The position numbers were made by a program, and so were the translations under genes. The notes under the pieces are model-generated. The model worked only from the letters and a program-made list of their open reading frames with translations, was not told where the DNA came from and searched no databases. From Eimeria praecox (lineage: Eukaryota), in assembly GCA_963920595.1 (NCBI GenBank), contig OY986947.1, forward strand, positions 3,968,001 to 4,032,000: 64,000 nt of DNA, read 5' to 3'. Below, piece by piece: positions 50,875 through 64,000 of this stretch (within the stretch, counting starts at the first letter, position 1; each line of letters begins with the position of its first letter).

Positions 50875-53800
50875 TTATGCTGCTGGTGTGGCATTAGGCG
50901 TACCATCCCATTCTGCATCTTGCGCTGCTTCACCTGCAGACAGAGGAAGAACAGCTTATGCATATACGGTTGAACTTTTCCACTACGTAAAAGTCAACAA
51001 AGCGGGCCCTGAGATATGCTGTCTGCAAACATAGGTCCTTTGAATAGATATGTGCATCATAGGCAATCAGATGCAGAAGTTAATCTCCGAGACAGTCTCT
51101 TTATATGCACAGTCAAAGTATACTTAACCCAGTCACTAGCCCTCACCTTCCGCATGAATGTCTCCTGTCGCATCGTCCGGGGTGCTTGCGTAGTCGTCGA
51201 AGTCCACGGAGATGGCCGATTCAGCTCTCGCGGGTCGGTCTGTTCCCCCAACAGTCTCATCTATTGGGTCTTCTGATGGGGCGCTCGAGGCAGGTGGCCT
51301 ATCAGGACCACGAAAACAAGAATGAGACATGTTAACAGCAAACTGCAAAAAAGCAGGAATCGCTTATACCGCTAGCAGATGATTCACGCACGAAGGGCAA
51401 ACTTTCCACTTACCCACGATTTTGCTTGTAGTACATCCCTCCAGCTGCACCAAGAAGAAGAAGGGCTGCAATGACCCCCAAAGCAGCGTACATAGCTGCA
51501 TTACTGTCCCCTGAAACAGTCACACAACCCACGAGTTCCTGTTGGGATGCAGTTCCGGCCACTTCTGGTGTCTTTCTACAACCAAGCTAAGCAAGGGAAC
51601 GCACCTACGCACACTCATTTCTAAAACACAAGACTGACCTTCGACACGTGCCAGGCAGCACGCCTCTTCCTCCGTTTTTCCAAGCGAATCTCTGACACAC
51701 TGTTCTTTGTCCTCGTCCGACTCTTCTTTGCATGCTCCCATCAAGTAATTGCAACAGGTTGAGTAGCAATCCAGGGTGCACTCTCCTTCGTTGTTTCTTA
51801 AGAGGTCGCCCCCGATTTTGCAGAGTTCACTGCACTCTGTAGACATTTCTGTACAGTTCTCGCCTGTGTAGCCTGGCTTGCAAACGCAGCTGGATGATTG
51901 AGAGTCACAAGTGCTATTCCCAGCGCAAACCTCTCCTCCTTCGCCGCAGGGCTTTGGCACAGTGCACTCGCTACCCCCCCAACCAGGAGGACATTCGCAC
52001 TGGCCATTTGTAGGATCGCATTTCCCATCGTTGCTGCAATGAACCTCTGAGCAAAGGTCCTTGCAGTTGGGGGCTGGAAATTCCGGAGCGCATTCGCACG
52101 TGTTTGCGCTGTTGCAAACACCATTGGGCGCGTTGCAGTCACTGTCAGATTCACAGCAGTTGCTTTCAAAGGTCTCGCAGTTGAGCCCGCTGTAGCACTT
52201 GGGGCATCTGCAGTGACCTGTCATGTCGTTGCAAGCGCCCCCATTCAAACAAGTGACCCCAGCGCATCCATTATTATCGCATTTGTCCCCCGTGACTGAA
52301 GGGGCACACTGGCAGCTGTTGTACACGCACGTGCCTTGTGGAGCATTGCAGTCATTGTCTGTTTCACAGCACCGAGGGTTCTCAGTTTGACAGAGATCCC
52401 CCGAAAAGCACACGGGGCATTTGCACTTGCCCGACGGCATCTCGCACTCCCCCCCGTTCTCACAAACGACTGTTTCACAAACGCTAGTTTCGCAGCGCGA
52501 CCCCATGTAGCCTTCAGGGCAGCTGCAGACACCACTGGGCATCTGGCAGATGCCACCGTTGAGGCATGCCACATTATCACAAGCTCCAATTTCGCACATC
52601 GTCCCACTGAATCCCGCATTGCACTTGCACTTGTTGCTTTCACACGATCCATGTCCGTTGCAGTCCGCGTCTAAGCTGCAACACCCTGGCACTGGAGTCT
52701 CGCAGGTGGCCCCTGTGAAGCAAGCAGGGCACTTGCACGTACCGCTGGGAAGTTCACATGTGCCGCCATTTTTGCACGGGTTAGAAGAGCAAGGCCCCTG
52801 GAGAATGGCTTCTGAAGGGGGTTCCTCTGCCATATTGGGGTCAGCAGCGCTCAGCGCAGTGAAGGATATCGCCCCGTTCACTGTAAAGATACAAGTCGGC
52901 ACTCTGGAATACAGGTTGCAGGTGCCCTTCTGGTTGTTATTCGAACTATCAGGCAGCCATGAAGCCCAAAATATCGAAGAGCTCCCCGTACCTCCCACCC
53001 CAGGTGGGCTGTCGTCGCTGCTAGCCTCGAAAACGGCCTCCCCGCATTCTCCTGCAGTGCCCGTGGAAGAAGAAGCCGCTTCCAGCTGTGTGCACACTCC
53101 GCCTGAAATGGTTCCGAACATGACGTTCTTCAGAGGTTCTCGTGGCGCTGCAAAGCGTAAAACGTAAATATAGACACACAAGCATCGAAAGAGCTGAGGT
53201 ACAGCTGCCCCTTTGCGGTAACCGCACCGCTATTTTACACGCTGTCCCGCCATGTTTTAACTGAAAACAGATCATTAAAAACAGACTAGGTAAGTAATAC
53301 AAAGCCGAGGGAAGGTACAGGACTACCGCTTACGGCAAGCTGTTTGGTAATCGGGTCTGGTGAATGCCGACACGTATGTGTAGTTGGAGGAAGCAACAGT
53401 CTTGTGAGCTTTCACACAGTACTTGGCGTTTGAATCCGTAGCTGTTTTGACGGCACAATTACTTCCCAAATACGTCTGCGTGTGGTATCCAAGGATAAGA
53501 CACTCAGAAGTGGAATGGTTGAAAGCGGCAGGTAGGCTCCGGTAGCAGGGCCTGCCTGCATCCCACGGCCAGCACATGCTGGTGCATCGAGATAATTGCG
53601 AACACAGGAAAGGGTCATTGGCAAGGCTGGGAGATTTCATAGAACGTGTCTTCAAAGGAGGCGAATATGGAGGGCAGCCGATACCATTCCCAGTGAAGTC
53701 ATATCCTAGGTGCCCTCCCTTTCCATGGAAAGCATAGGCTTTGTCGGCAAGAGACGTTCCTGGCAGCGATGTGTCAAGAAACACAAGGGGATTTTCTAGT

Positions 53801-54689
53801 GTGACAAAGTCACACACTTCGGGATCGTATTCGGCGTCCTGCAACATGTCATTCTGGTACACAGCCTGATTAAATGGACACTTGACCAAGTACCCAGAAT
53901 ACATACTCCATCCTGATTTGTCCATGGGCACTTCAGAGGTTCCGCGGGAGGCGGAAGAGGAGCAGCCCTGAGTCGAGAAAGGCATCGTGTTGCCATGAAT
54001 TTCATTTGTGAAACGGTTCTGATCATCGGCTGGCTTTCCCTCCCTGTCGACGAATGCGATATACTTCCCATAGTTAGGGCAGGCCCCCACAGCCATTAAG
54101 CGCTCTCCTAAATAGCGTTGAGTGTCTATCTCTGCGTCGCTTCGCGTGCAGTAGCCCTTGCTGGATCGATCCCACATGGCCGCATAACCCGCTTTCACTC
54201 CTGCTGTCTGGTTACCTGCACAAAGCAATCCACGTAAACCCCAAAGCTGCTACTCCATCAATACATAACCACTACAGGAACTGGAAATTTGAATACGAAA
54301 ACGGTTCCAGATAAAGGTAAACTAAGTGCAATGAGATCAACTGCCCAGCCCCCATTCCTCCAGAAATTTCCTTCTGCAGTGGCCTCCTTATGCATGCTAG
54401 TAATGGAACTGAAATTAAAACATGGAGATGCGAAGGAACCAGCTCATATTCGGGACGCCTTACGTGGTAGCCATTTGTACGTCTTCCCTTTGTATTCGTA
54501 CGACTGCAAGCCAGAACCGGAGTTGGCCCATTCCAGCTGGATGTGGTTTGCCGGAATATTAAAGCGATTCATGTATTCACTAGCAGCAGCCGCACTGTGT
54601 GCTTTGTGGCAAGAAGAGGGGATGGAAAACAGTGTGAAAATGAAGAAAAGTGGAGCCAGAAGGGCGTAAAGACGAACGAATTGACTCAT
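50875..54689 (-). CDS. AMA4: Apical membrane antigen 4 (AMA1 paralogue with EGF stalk, type I membrane protein)
   Basis: Exons (minus strand): 54689-54464, 54215-53334, 53147-51639, 51510-51414, 51298-51147, 50933-50875. Signal peptide, then AMA DI/DII motifs YMNRFNIP.NH, GACPNYGK, YAFHGKGGH, GCPPY.PP, ECLILGYHTQ and TRPDY..CPPREPLKNV. These are followed by 9 EGF-like repeats, a Cys-rich module, a TM segment (AAMYAALGVIAALLLLGAAGGMYY) and an acidic tail containing Trp. Confidence 0.93.
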
Positions 54690-56726
54690 TTTGACCGGGA
54701 AATGGATGCTTTGCAAAGTAAGTGAAGGCTCAAACAAGTGCTAACTCCATATGGATCTAAGTGTAAAGAACCAGGCACTCTGCGCTAGTGGAGCTGATGA
54801 CCTGAGCAAGGAAATAGATCAAGTCGATGCTGGTCGGCTTGGCATCACGTATAGGCCGGTGCGATTCGGGCTAAGCTGGGGGAGCATAAATGAACAAACA
54901 GCACATCCAGAGCCAATAAGAACCCTAGGACGGTCTGAAACGCTGTGGTGCGACCAGACACAGTGGGAGGAGCGAGCAGGAACCGCTTGGCGCGTACAAA
55001 GGCTGTTACAGCCCGAACCAAGGGAAGGCGTTGCAAAAAGCACCAAGTGCAAACCAGTGCAGGGAATAAGGCAAATGAGAAACGAAGATAAAACGGCTTC
55101 TCTCAACAACTGAATTACTACACGAGGGAGGACCCGCAAGTCTGATGAGGAGAACCGATGAAGACCGAACCGGTCGCTTCAGCGAGCGATGCGCACAAGA
55201 GAACTGCGCGCATAGCAAGCAGCAACGGAACTAAAATTTGAAAAATGAGTACAGAACTCTTGAAAAGAAACAACAAACCCAGGGAGCAGTGTGAAGGGAT
55301 AAGCCCTGCTGCGGCTGCTTCCCTAGCTAGCCGCCGGGCAGGAATATAACCTGGGAAATCAGGACTTTTCTTTGCACATATCCGACAGCATGCTGCTGAA
55401 CATATCGATATTCTCAGTATAGATCTTTTTCCAAGGAGGATGTGATGCTTTCACGCCAGTGAGTTGTAAAAGATGACCGCTAGCTTTACCCTGCATGCAA
55501 AGACGATTCCCGTGCGCATGCACTTGACGACTTGCCCTGAATGCCTATCATTTCCCCTTGTATGTACCTTTAAGCACTGGTAAACTGCGAAGGGACAACG
55601 CTTCTAATAAGACATGAATCCTGTGGGGTTGTTGCCGGTTCCTGCTTTCGGTGGAAGCTCGACGCTGCTCAAGGGCTAGTCCGTAATCAGTACAGGCCGT
55701 TTGCTGACTGAAATAAAATCGTTCAAAAACTTTTGCACTGCATACAAGCAAAACAGCACACAAAAATTAGTTTTCTCGAGTTAGCAGGGCAGTGGGACCA
55801 CGAACGCGAGATAGGTTACTGCGGCTTCTTTGGTAGACGGCACAAATTCACCGTTGCTTTGGCCTGCCGCGCACGGTGACATCAATAAGGATGGCATTTC
55901 CAATATACTCAGCAAAAGCAACGTGTAGGTAGTACCTACTGCAAGCTACAAAGGGGGGGCAATGCTTTCAGCGGGTGGCAAGGACATCACTTCCATGCAA
56001 ACCACTTTTGCCACATAGTTTTACCAACTCTGTTCTCCACTGTAAAGACAGCAATTAAAGAAGTAGAATAGGCTTCCATGCAGAAATTGGCATGTGCTAA
56101 ACTGTTTGTACTAGGTAGTTTCCATCCACTGCATTTCTTTCTCGCCGCCCTAAATGCGTGTCCGCGTAGGGAGCACCACCTACTCATTAAGCGGCTAATC
56201 GACTTGGCCGTAGGAACTGTGGGTGCGTTCCCTTTCCTTCTGATAATTGGGGTTAGGTCACTGCTTTGCAGCAAACAGGTGCTCCGAGCTGTGTATTGCT
56301 GGCCTTCATTTGCTTCCATTTGCAACCGCTGACAGACGTGTTAATTGCCTGCTTTGTCTATGGGTGCTGCCGTATTCTTCAGTGGAGGCTGCTGCATATG
56401 TCGTAGACCATAGCGAGAACACCACTTAGTATCCCTAAATTCTGGACCCTAAATGCTAAGCACTAAGCCGCGGCATGCAGGCATGCTTATGCAAGCCAAA
56501 AGTGAGAAGTGGCACTCCCTTTTCTCATGGTGTTCGGAAGGAGCTTTGCGGGGCTTGAGGGCTCGGAGAGTTGGGGATGCAAAAGAAAGTTGGGGTTTCA
56601 GCTAGAAAGTTGCGGTTGCAACTGGTCACCGTACAGTTGGAGGTGCCTTGCGGTGAGGGGTGGTCTGTAGCACGCCTGCGCACTTGCTGGTGCTCCACTT
56701 CTTTGTAGCTGTGATGGCTAAACTGT

Positions 56727-59700
56727 TCAAGGCGCATCCTGTGACATCGATGCGCGGTTCAACTTGTTTGTGCTGCAGCCCTCTTCTGTTCCACGGAAAA
56801 CGAGACCTTGGAGCTCTTTCTCCGCACGTTGAACTGCCCGGAAAGTATTGGGCGTACCGACAGATGCCAACGCTGCACCCTTTGGCCGGGTCGGCGTGGA
56901 TGCTGCTGCTGCGTCAGCAGCAACCAGAGCGGCAGAGGCAGCAGCGAAGCCTGAGGCTCGTCTGCGGGGAGTTACTGGGGACACAGACTGACTGCTGACT
57001 CGTCGCCTGGCGGGCTGTCGGGCTGGAGTGCGGCAGGACTGTCTAGGCAGCTGCTGCTGGTGTGCCAACGCCCCCTCTGCCTCTGCAGCATCACAACACA
57101 CGCGGGACCGTCGGACAGGAGACTGCTCCCTAGAGGCAGTCGGCGTTCCCGAAACGCGGCATCGGGGAGACCGCATCGGCGATTGCCTTTCTTGCAATTC
57201 CTTCAAGCTGTGGCGGAACCCCAGCCGAAGAGATGCTCCGTCAGGAAGAGCCCCAGCCCCGCTGGAAGCTGCACAGGCATTTTTGTCGGGGGGCAAGAAG
57301 GTGAAGAGGGACTGCAAACACAGATGATTCAATAACGCAAACCCTCAAGCCCACCTTCGCGAATACCCTAGCCAAAAGCACGCCACAAGCAGCTCATTAG
57401 CCGTCCCCTTTTGCCGCTGTCTCTAGGTGTGGGAGTTGTGAACAATGGGGCGCACTAGGTAACCTTTGCCCTGAAATAGTGTGGCATTAATACACAGCTC
57501 TACAAAATGCGGTTTTTGTTGCTTATTTCTAGGACTGTTTTAGCCTATGTTCGTTTGGTTAGTTTGCCCTGACTTAGCATATGTTTACATACAGGTCTGC
57601 ACCCGGCATGCAGCGTAACGAACCCGATCTTGCTTGCGCTGATCTGTGAGTCTGGTGTAAATATCTTTCCTCAGAGCGGTTGCATCTTCAGGCCCAGGCG
57701 CTGCTGCCAGTTGCTCCAGCCATTTGTCTCTTGACAGCTCCTCCTCCTTCCGTTCGCCCTCGTCGTACCCCAGCAGTAGCAGCCGCTGCGCCCGCGTTAG
57801 AACACCCGAGGCGGGCTGCAAGAGCTGCTGTTGCAGCTGCAGCCACTGGTTTTGTCCCTCAAACGGCAACAAAGCCACCAGTAGCAGGCTTTGCAGAGTC
57901 AGCGGCTGATGCCTGCAACGCAGAACACGAGACCAACAACCCATACAAAGCATAAACTAGCAACTAATACCAGCGGCTTTCGTAACAGTAACAGTGCCGC
58001 AGCAGGCCGCTCGGCGTCGCTTCATGGCCACTCCCCAGCGGTAGGCCTTATTGGTGCACTCCTGCCTGGCACTCCTTACCACTTGGAAAGTCGCAAATGG
58101 GTGGTCCGGAATGCACGCAGCTGCGCCAGCAGCTCACCGTCATCTTCTGCGACTGCGTCATCTGCACTTTGTCGCTGCTGTGGCTGTTGCAGACGCTGCT
58201 GTTGCGGTCGCTGTTGCTGTTGCTGTTGTCTATCCCGAATTTCCCCCCTAGTTGAGGGCTCAAGTCCAAGACCTTCTAGGACCTGCAGCTGCTGCCGTCG
58301 CGCTGCTAGATGGAACAGCACCATGTCCTGCTGCTGTTGCTGCTGCTGCTGCAGGGCTTCTGCTGCAGCACTGTAACGCTTCCTGCTGCTGCTACGGGAG
58401 CGCGGGGTCCCAACTGAATTCCGTCTGCTGCTGCGGGGAGTCCTCTGCCCAAACTCCGAGGCAGCGGCTGCAGCTCTGGCGGAATCTATGGAAGCCTGGT
58501 CTTCTTGCCGTTGCAGCTGCTGCAGCACAAGCTGTTGTTGTATGCGCACATGCCGCAGCAGCTGGCGCTGCTTCTCCTGCTGTTGCAGCTGGGGGGCCAA
58601 TATCTGCTCTCGCAGCCATCTCCGATGCCGCAGTTGTCTCTCTTTCCAGTCCGTCTTTACGTACACATATGCAGTTCGCCCCTCGGAAGACACCCACATG
58701 TTGCTGCTTATTTGATGCCGTATCTCCGCGCCTTTTAAATCAAACCGAGATATCAAGTCTGCGAACATGACAAAAGGAACATATGCACGCATGCAAAGGA
58801 TGCACGCAGGAATCACCTGCCTAAAAATGTCCATTCCTGTCCACAGATTGCTGAAACCCCTTTACGAATCCTGAATCATTAGAGAGCAGGCCGGAAGGGC
58901 ATGTGAATTTGGTTGCATTATGAATATCAGTGCCGTGTAAGCTCCGCTGCACGGAAGTTCCTACGAGTGGGCCCCCTAGGCTCTTTCGCGTTCCCAGCCT
59001 CGGACCTTCGCGCTGGCTCACCGTTTCGAAAGGACAGGTAAAACCACCACGTCTCTGTTTGCATGAACATATGCGTAATGCTGCACACCAGCAACGGCAG
59101 CAACAGAAGCAGCAGCAGCAGCTCACAAGCAAGCGGCATGCAGGAACGAGCCAGACCACACGCATATCTCAGTGCACAACCACGGTAGGATCCACGACAA
59201 AGAAAAGCTGTAGGTTGCTCCCAGATCACACGGAGCAGTGATCTGCGCAGTGAAAGAGGTGTCGATACAGCGGAGCGTCAGTGGCGGATCCAGTGCTGTT
59301 TCATGCGGAGTATATATGACTGAAAAGCGAGTAGAGAGGATTCAATTTACAAGTTGATCAGCGGCCCCTCCATAGCAGCGTCAAAGGAGTAGGCATGGGT
59401 AACGCCTTCCAGGTCAAGGAATGCCGAGAGGTCATCGTGGGCAAAGGCCACGGCGCGCATAGGTCTGGTCTGAAACAATTCCTGAATATCTTTGTTCAGA
59501 ACACTGTTAGTCCCTGCCTCCGCCTCCGTCTTCTCCATCCCAGAACTCGTCGCTGCCTCGGCAGTAACCCCCGGATCCCGATCCCGATCCCGCAGTTGCG
59601 CCGACGCCTCCCGCAGCAGCAGACACCGCTGCGTCTCCAACGATAGCCCAAAAGCCTGCGGGCACTTCTCTATCCCTACAAAGCCCAGCCAACAAAGGAC

Positions 59701-61109
59701 AGGCGAACTCTTCATGTGTCCATAGAGATAAAAACCATCTGCACATCTCAAAGGAACGCCGTAACAAAAGCTAAGCTGCAACAAAGGAGTGTCCTGGGCA
59801 ATAAGTAACAAAGGTACACAGTAATAGCTGACGACACAGATGTTTATGGCAGCGGTACAACGCCAGACGATGCTGACGGAAACTTTGAGCAGGTGGTTGG
59901 TCTCTAAGAGTGATACATCTTCTGTCGTTGGCCCAGCAGCAGCAGCAACAGCTCAACGACAGAGCACCAGCTACGGAAGTACCAGAAGCTCCACTGCATA
60001 CCCAGGCAAGCAAGCCAATCGTGTTCGTAGGCAGCTATCGCACTAGGGGCCCCCCGTCCGCTGCCAAGATCGCAGAAGACGCTGAACTGATCAGCGCCGT
60101 ATTGCTTGGCGTAAGCCACCACCTGAATGGAGCACGCGTACATCTCAGAAAATGAATGGAAATAAAGATCAGGGCTTCCTGATATTTATTTCCATCCATC
60201 GGCTGCGGCGTCAAAGGCAAGGCATGAAACGAACCAGCATCCCGTGCGTGCGTCCGTGCTTAGCACAGCCTCTCTCAGTTCCGTCTGTAGCGGCTGTTGT
60301 TCTGCCCACAGCAGCGGCTGGTGTGCGTGCGTCTGGGCTCATACAGAAGCTGAGGCGTCACCTGTTTGACGAAGCTTTCGATCATCTCGCCGTACATGCC
60401 GGCAGTGGAGGTGGCGATTTGGGCGGTGTGCCCTCTGTACAAGAAGGCCGTGGGCTTGGCTGCGTACGATGCGGGGTCAAGAGCGCGAGCGTCTGCTGCA
60501 AAAGCGCTAGCAGAGGCGACGGCCGCCTCTGCCAGGTCACGCGCAGCTTTCTCGGCTTCTTCTCTCGAGGGGCATTCATCTTTGCATGCAGTATCTACGC
60601 ACAACCCCACTGGTGAGCTGCACGCAACTTCATGAGCAGGCGACTGCTTCCGACGAGACTGAGGTACACAAAAGCAGCAACAAAGGCAAGCATAGTTGCA
60701 GGCAAGTTCCCTGAGTGACGCACTGCTTCCACCTGCAGTCGACCCGCAGGAGTAGAGTTTCATTCTCCCTGCTCATTGTTTAAAGCAGAATCGAGGGCAT
60801 TCCAGATACTAAAGAAAAGCTGGGAAAAGACAAGCTCATGGGTGCGCCAAGGCTTACCGCTGTGGCTCCCCCCTCACAGCGGGAACGCCGGAGCCCGCAC
60901 TGGTGCTCAGCTGTACCGTAGGGAGCCGAGCAGCAGGCAGCTGAGCGACGGCGGCGCTGCACAGAAGCTGAGGAAGATGGAGGATGCCGCCGCGGAGGTT
61001 CCGGTTGAGACAGCGGAAAGGAAATTCCTTCTTCTTCCCACAGGGCTGAGTCGTGCGTCGAGGCGTGCGTAGACAGGTCCCACATTCCCCCCCGCCCCTC
61101 CGCCTCCAT
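56727..61109 (-). CDS. DOT1-like class I SAM-dependent methyltransferase with Gln/Arg-rich C-terminal extension
   Basis: Exons (minus strand): 61109-60858, 60658-60362, 60122-60002, 59675-59351, 59080-59022, 58758-58080, 57912-57624, 57311-56727. Motifs GMYGEM, VFCDLGSGRG, CLGIEK and FAHDD occur in the DOT1 order (YGE - D.GSG.G - G.E). The first exon is tentative. Confidence 0.72.
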
Positions 61110-62226
61110 ATGGATGACCGATTCACACGCTGTTCTAGCGGTTTCAATAGGCGGAGACCTCAACTGATCACTGAAACTTGAATTACAGCCGATCTAGCGC
61201 CCAACCCCTAAAAACCAGTGCGGCTATCCCTGGATATCAGACCCACATCTGGAGTGCTAAATTCAATCAGAAACATGCAATACAATCGATGCAGCAATCA
61301 AATATGTGAAGTGGGGGAAAACAAAGATCCCTGGTGGAGGGTGTGCCGACCTCCAAAATTCGCCCTTCGTGGTGCTGAGGCGGGCGAACACCGAAGCCAC
61401 GGCGAGGTCTACGGATACACCTCGCCCGTGTTGCAAAAAAAGCCAATTGAAAATGGAAATAACAACCTTAGTTGGTAAACAGGAGAAACAATGTCGAGAC
61501 ACGGGGCTGGTGTGCATGATGCTGGTCGGTGGTTTCCACCCGCCTCTCGTTTATTCCAAATCATGCTGATGCCCTCTTTGGGCAATTCACTCGTCGACGT
61601 AACGCTGAATCCCTCACTTTACACCATTGAGGTAGTTGCTTTAAATAGGGATGTAGAAGCCTTACAATAACAGTTAAGCTGCACGCATGCGGTGTCGTCG
61701 CCGCAGCAGCAACACACCTTCCACAGTATCTTAGCACGCGACAGCTGCCGCGTTGTATCCTCCTATTTGTACGCCTCAGTTCCAATTTCTCTGACAGCTA
61801 TAACATCGGACGTCTCCACAATAGCCCCCAAACCTGACGCTACACCGTATCTACCTAGCAATGCCAGGCAGTCCTTTGCTCTGTAACAAGCCCAAGCTAA
61901 ATCGTAGTCATACTAACGCTAAACTATTTCTAGAATGGCTACTAGCAGTGTAGGGTATGGCACTCAGGCGCAATAGCAAAGCGGTGTTGCGGCAAAGGAT
62001 GTGTCGACTTCAATGACTGCTAGGGAACAAACAATATAGCGAAAGAAGATAGATTGGTTGAACTGTGTTGAACACGATGCCCTCCTTTGAAATTTTGAAA
62101 TTGGCCTTGCTGCTTTTTGCATGTCGGCGGGAGGCCTGTCCATGAATGGGACTGCCCACAGCAGCTTTTTGGGGGGTAAGTTGAATGCAAAGGGTAGCAA
62201 ACGGCCACTAAAGGGCTTGTTCGCGT

Positions 62227-63403
62227 TTACTCATCATCACCTTCCTTGCTGTCACCTCCTCTCAGTGCCTTTCTCTTTACGCGGCCTGGACGGCCACCCC
62301 CGTATGGCGACGTGAGGGAGAATTCAATATATTTCTCGGAGTCAACGCGCACCATGAATGAGGGGATATCGACGATCTGCTTCCCCACGCGGATGTGGCG
62401 CTGTCTGATAAGACACCTGGCATGATGGATAGACTTTGCAAGGCCCAACTTGAATACACGCGTCTGCAGACGGCGTTCAAGGAACTTCTGCACCGTCAGA
62501 CCCAGCACGTAGTCCAGCTTCTGCTCCCCTTCGCTCAGCAGCCCGAGACGAACCATCCGACGCAGCAGTGCCGTTCCTACACAATAAAGTGCACGCGCCA
62601 AACACTGACATACCTTCCAAAAGAGCACACAAGTGCTGTTTTCTTGCAAGCGGGCACGTGCAAAGAAAAACCCATGGAATCACCGCATACCGTCACAGCT
62701 TACCCTGGAAGATACGGCGGGGGTCCTTTTCTTCAAGAGTCAGCAGCTCACGAGCTGCCGAACGGATCTTCGCCAGCGCATATTGCACTCTCCACACCTC
62801 TCGCTTGTTCTTTAAGCCGTACTCGCCCAGCAGCCGGAGCTCCTGGTCCAAGCGCTCCTGTAGAAGCACCACAAAACAGAACCTCAAAACCCAACTCCTG
62901 AAGGGAAATCCACCCCATCCCAACCCCCTGAGCAGGCAAGCATAGAGCCTCCGCCGCGCCCCTCGCAGTGCTAAGCGCTAGCGCCCAAACGGTCCCATTG
63001 CAGGACACTGGGCAGGATTCGCCTGCTGCTAGCCCCTTATGCCCTCCTTATTGCATCAATCCCTGCCCAGGAGTGTCCGAACTAGAGAAAAGGCTTTCCA
63101 CAGACGAAATCAGCCCTGCATGCACTGGTTCAGGCATTGGAGAGCACTGCATGAGGCTAGGTGCTGCGCGCTACAGTTTGTGGCGGATAAATTGGCAACG
63201 CCTTCTGAACACAGTCCCCCAAATGTGTGAAATATTCCGAAACACTTATTAATCAAGAAGATAAACACGTGGGGGCTTCATGTTGAAGACCCCACACTTG
63301 CCCGCCTTGAAATGTTGCAGAGCAGTTAACGGGAACACACCTTTTCGAAGGGGCGCTTGGGGTTGCGGGCCGTCTTGCTGTGGTTCCTGTAGCTCTTCGG
63401 CAT
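62227..63403 (-). CDS. RPS9: 40S ribosomal protein S9 (uS4)
   Basis: Exons (minus strand): 63403-63341, 62857-62704, 62576-62227. [44 protein letters not shown]...[23 protein letters not shown]...[10 protein letters not shown]. Confidence 0.98.
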
Positions 63404-64000
63404 TTTCGCGAAGAATTTGCTGTAAAAGGCCACAGATAACTCGAAAACAGATGGCGAAAGAAGCCGCAGGCACAGAAGCTCACGTAGGGCACTTCCCCAC
63501 TGCGGGCTGCGCCGCTTCGCATGCAACGGCAGCCGGGTAGGGGCTGCTGTGGGCCCTGTCTGTGCTATTTCCCTTCCGCATAGCATTTTAAAGCATCTCT
63601 TTCTTCCTTAAAAATATTATTAGATATACCTATGGTAAGAATTGTGGCAATTTACTTTTGCCACGACCCTCGTCCCATCCCCACAGATTTCATAAGTATA
63701 ACGGGGTCCCTAAGCTCAAGCAGAGACCGTCGCGAGCTCAGGTGGAGTCAAAATAGTTGATAGTTTTCCAAAAGCATATGCCCACCCATACTGTCTCCAG
63801 ACGTCCCGGTAACAGCGCCACAAAGGACTGCTGCCGATGCTGAGAGGCGCCTGCCAGTCTATGGTGCAAAGAAAGTGCTCGGCCTTAGCCGAGGACCGTC
63901 GTGAGCTGCATGAGAGCCACAGACAAAAAAATGAACACTCCAAATGCACCTCACCTCACCTTCATGTGCCCTGGGCACAAGTGTCCAAAAGCCTAGGTTG

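Noticed and set aside
56432..56470. ccctaaa heptamers resembling telomere-like repeats
   Set aside because: Only two dispersed copies, which is insufficient for an array.

Overview
Eukaryotic, intron-rich genomic DNA from an eimeriid coccidian (Eimeria/Cyclospora-like). The basis is GT-AG introns, CAG/poly-Gln-Ala tracts, TGCATGCA octamers and apicomplexan invasion genes. Nine spliced genes were reconstructed by hand. (1) A 5'-truncated delta-9 acyl-CoA desaturase, apparently fused to a His-box-degenerate delta-12/omega-3 desaturase-like domain. (2) A large F-box/LRR protein. (3) A 5'-nucleotidase. (4) An LRR + coiled-coil + ankyrin protein. (5) A short MTIP/MLC1-family myosin light chain. 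(6, 7) RON2L1 and AMA4, a cognate moving-junction ligand/receptor pair lying tail-to-tail about 1.3 kb apart. (8) A DOT1-like methyltransferase. (9) RPS9. A gene-poor block (about 15.2-30.9 kb) contains a 2.35 kb head-to-head AT-rich satellite, a decayed Ty3/gypsy retrotransposon and a perfect 28-bp hairpin. All homology calls come from recognising motifs by eye, not from database searches. Exon boundaries are manual predictions.
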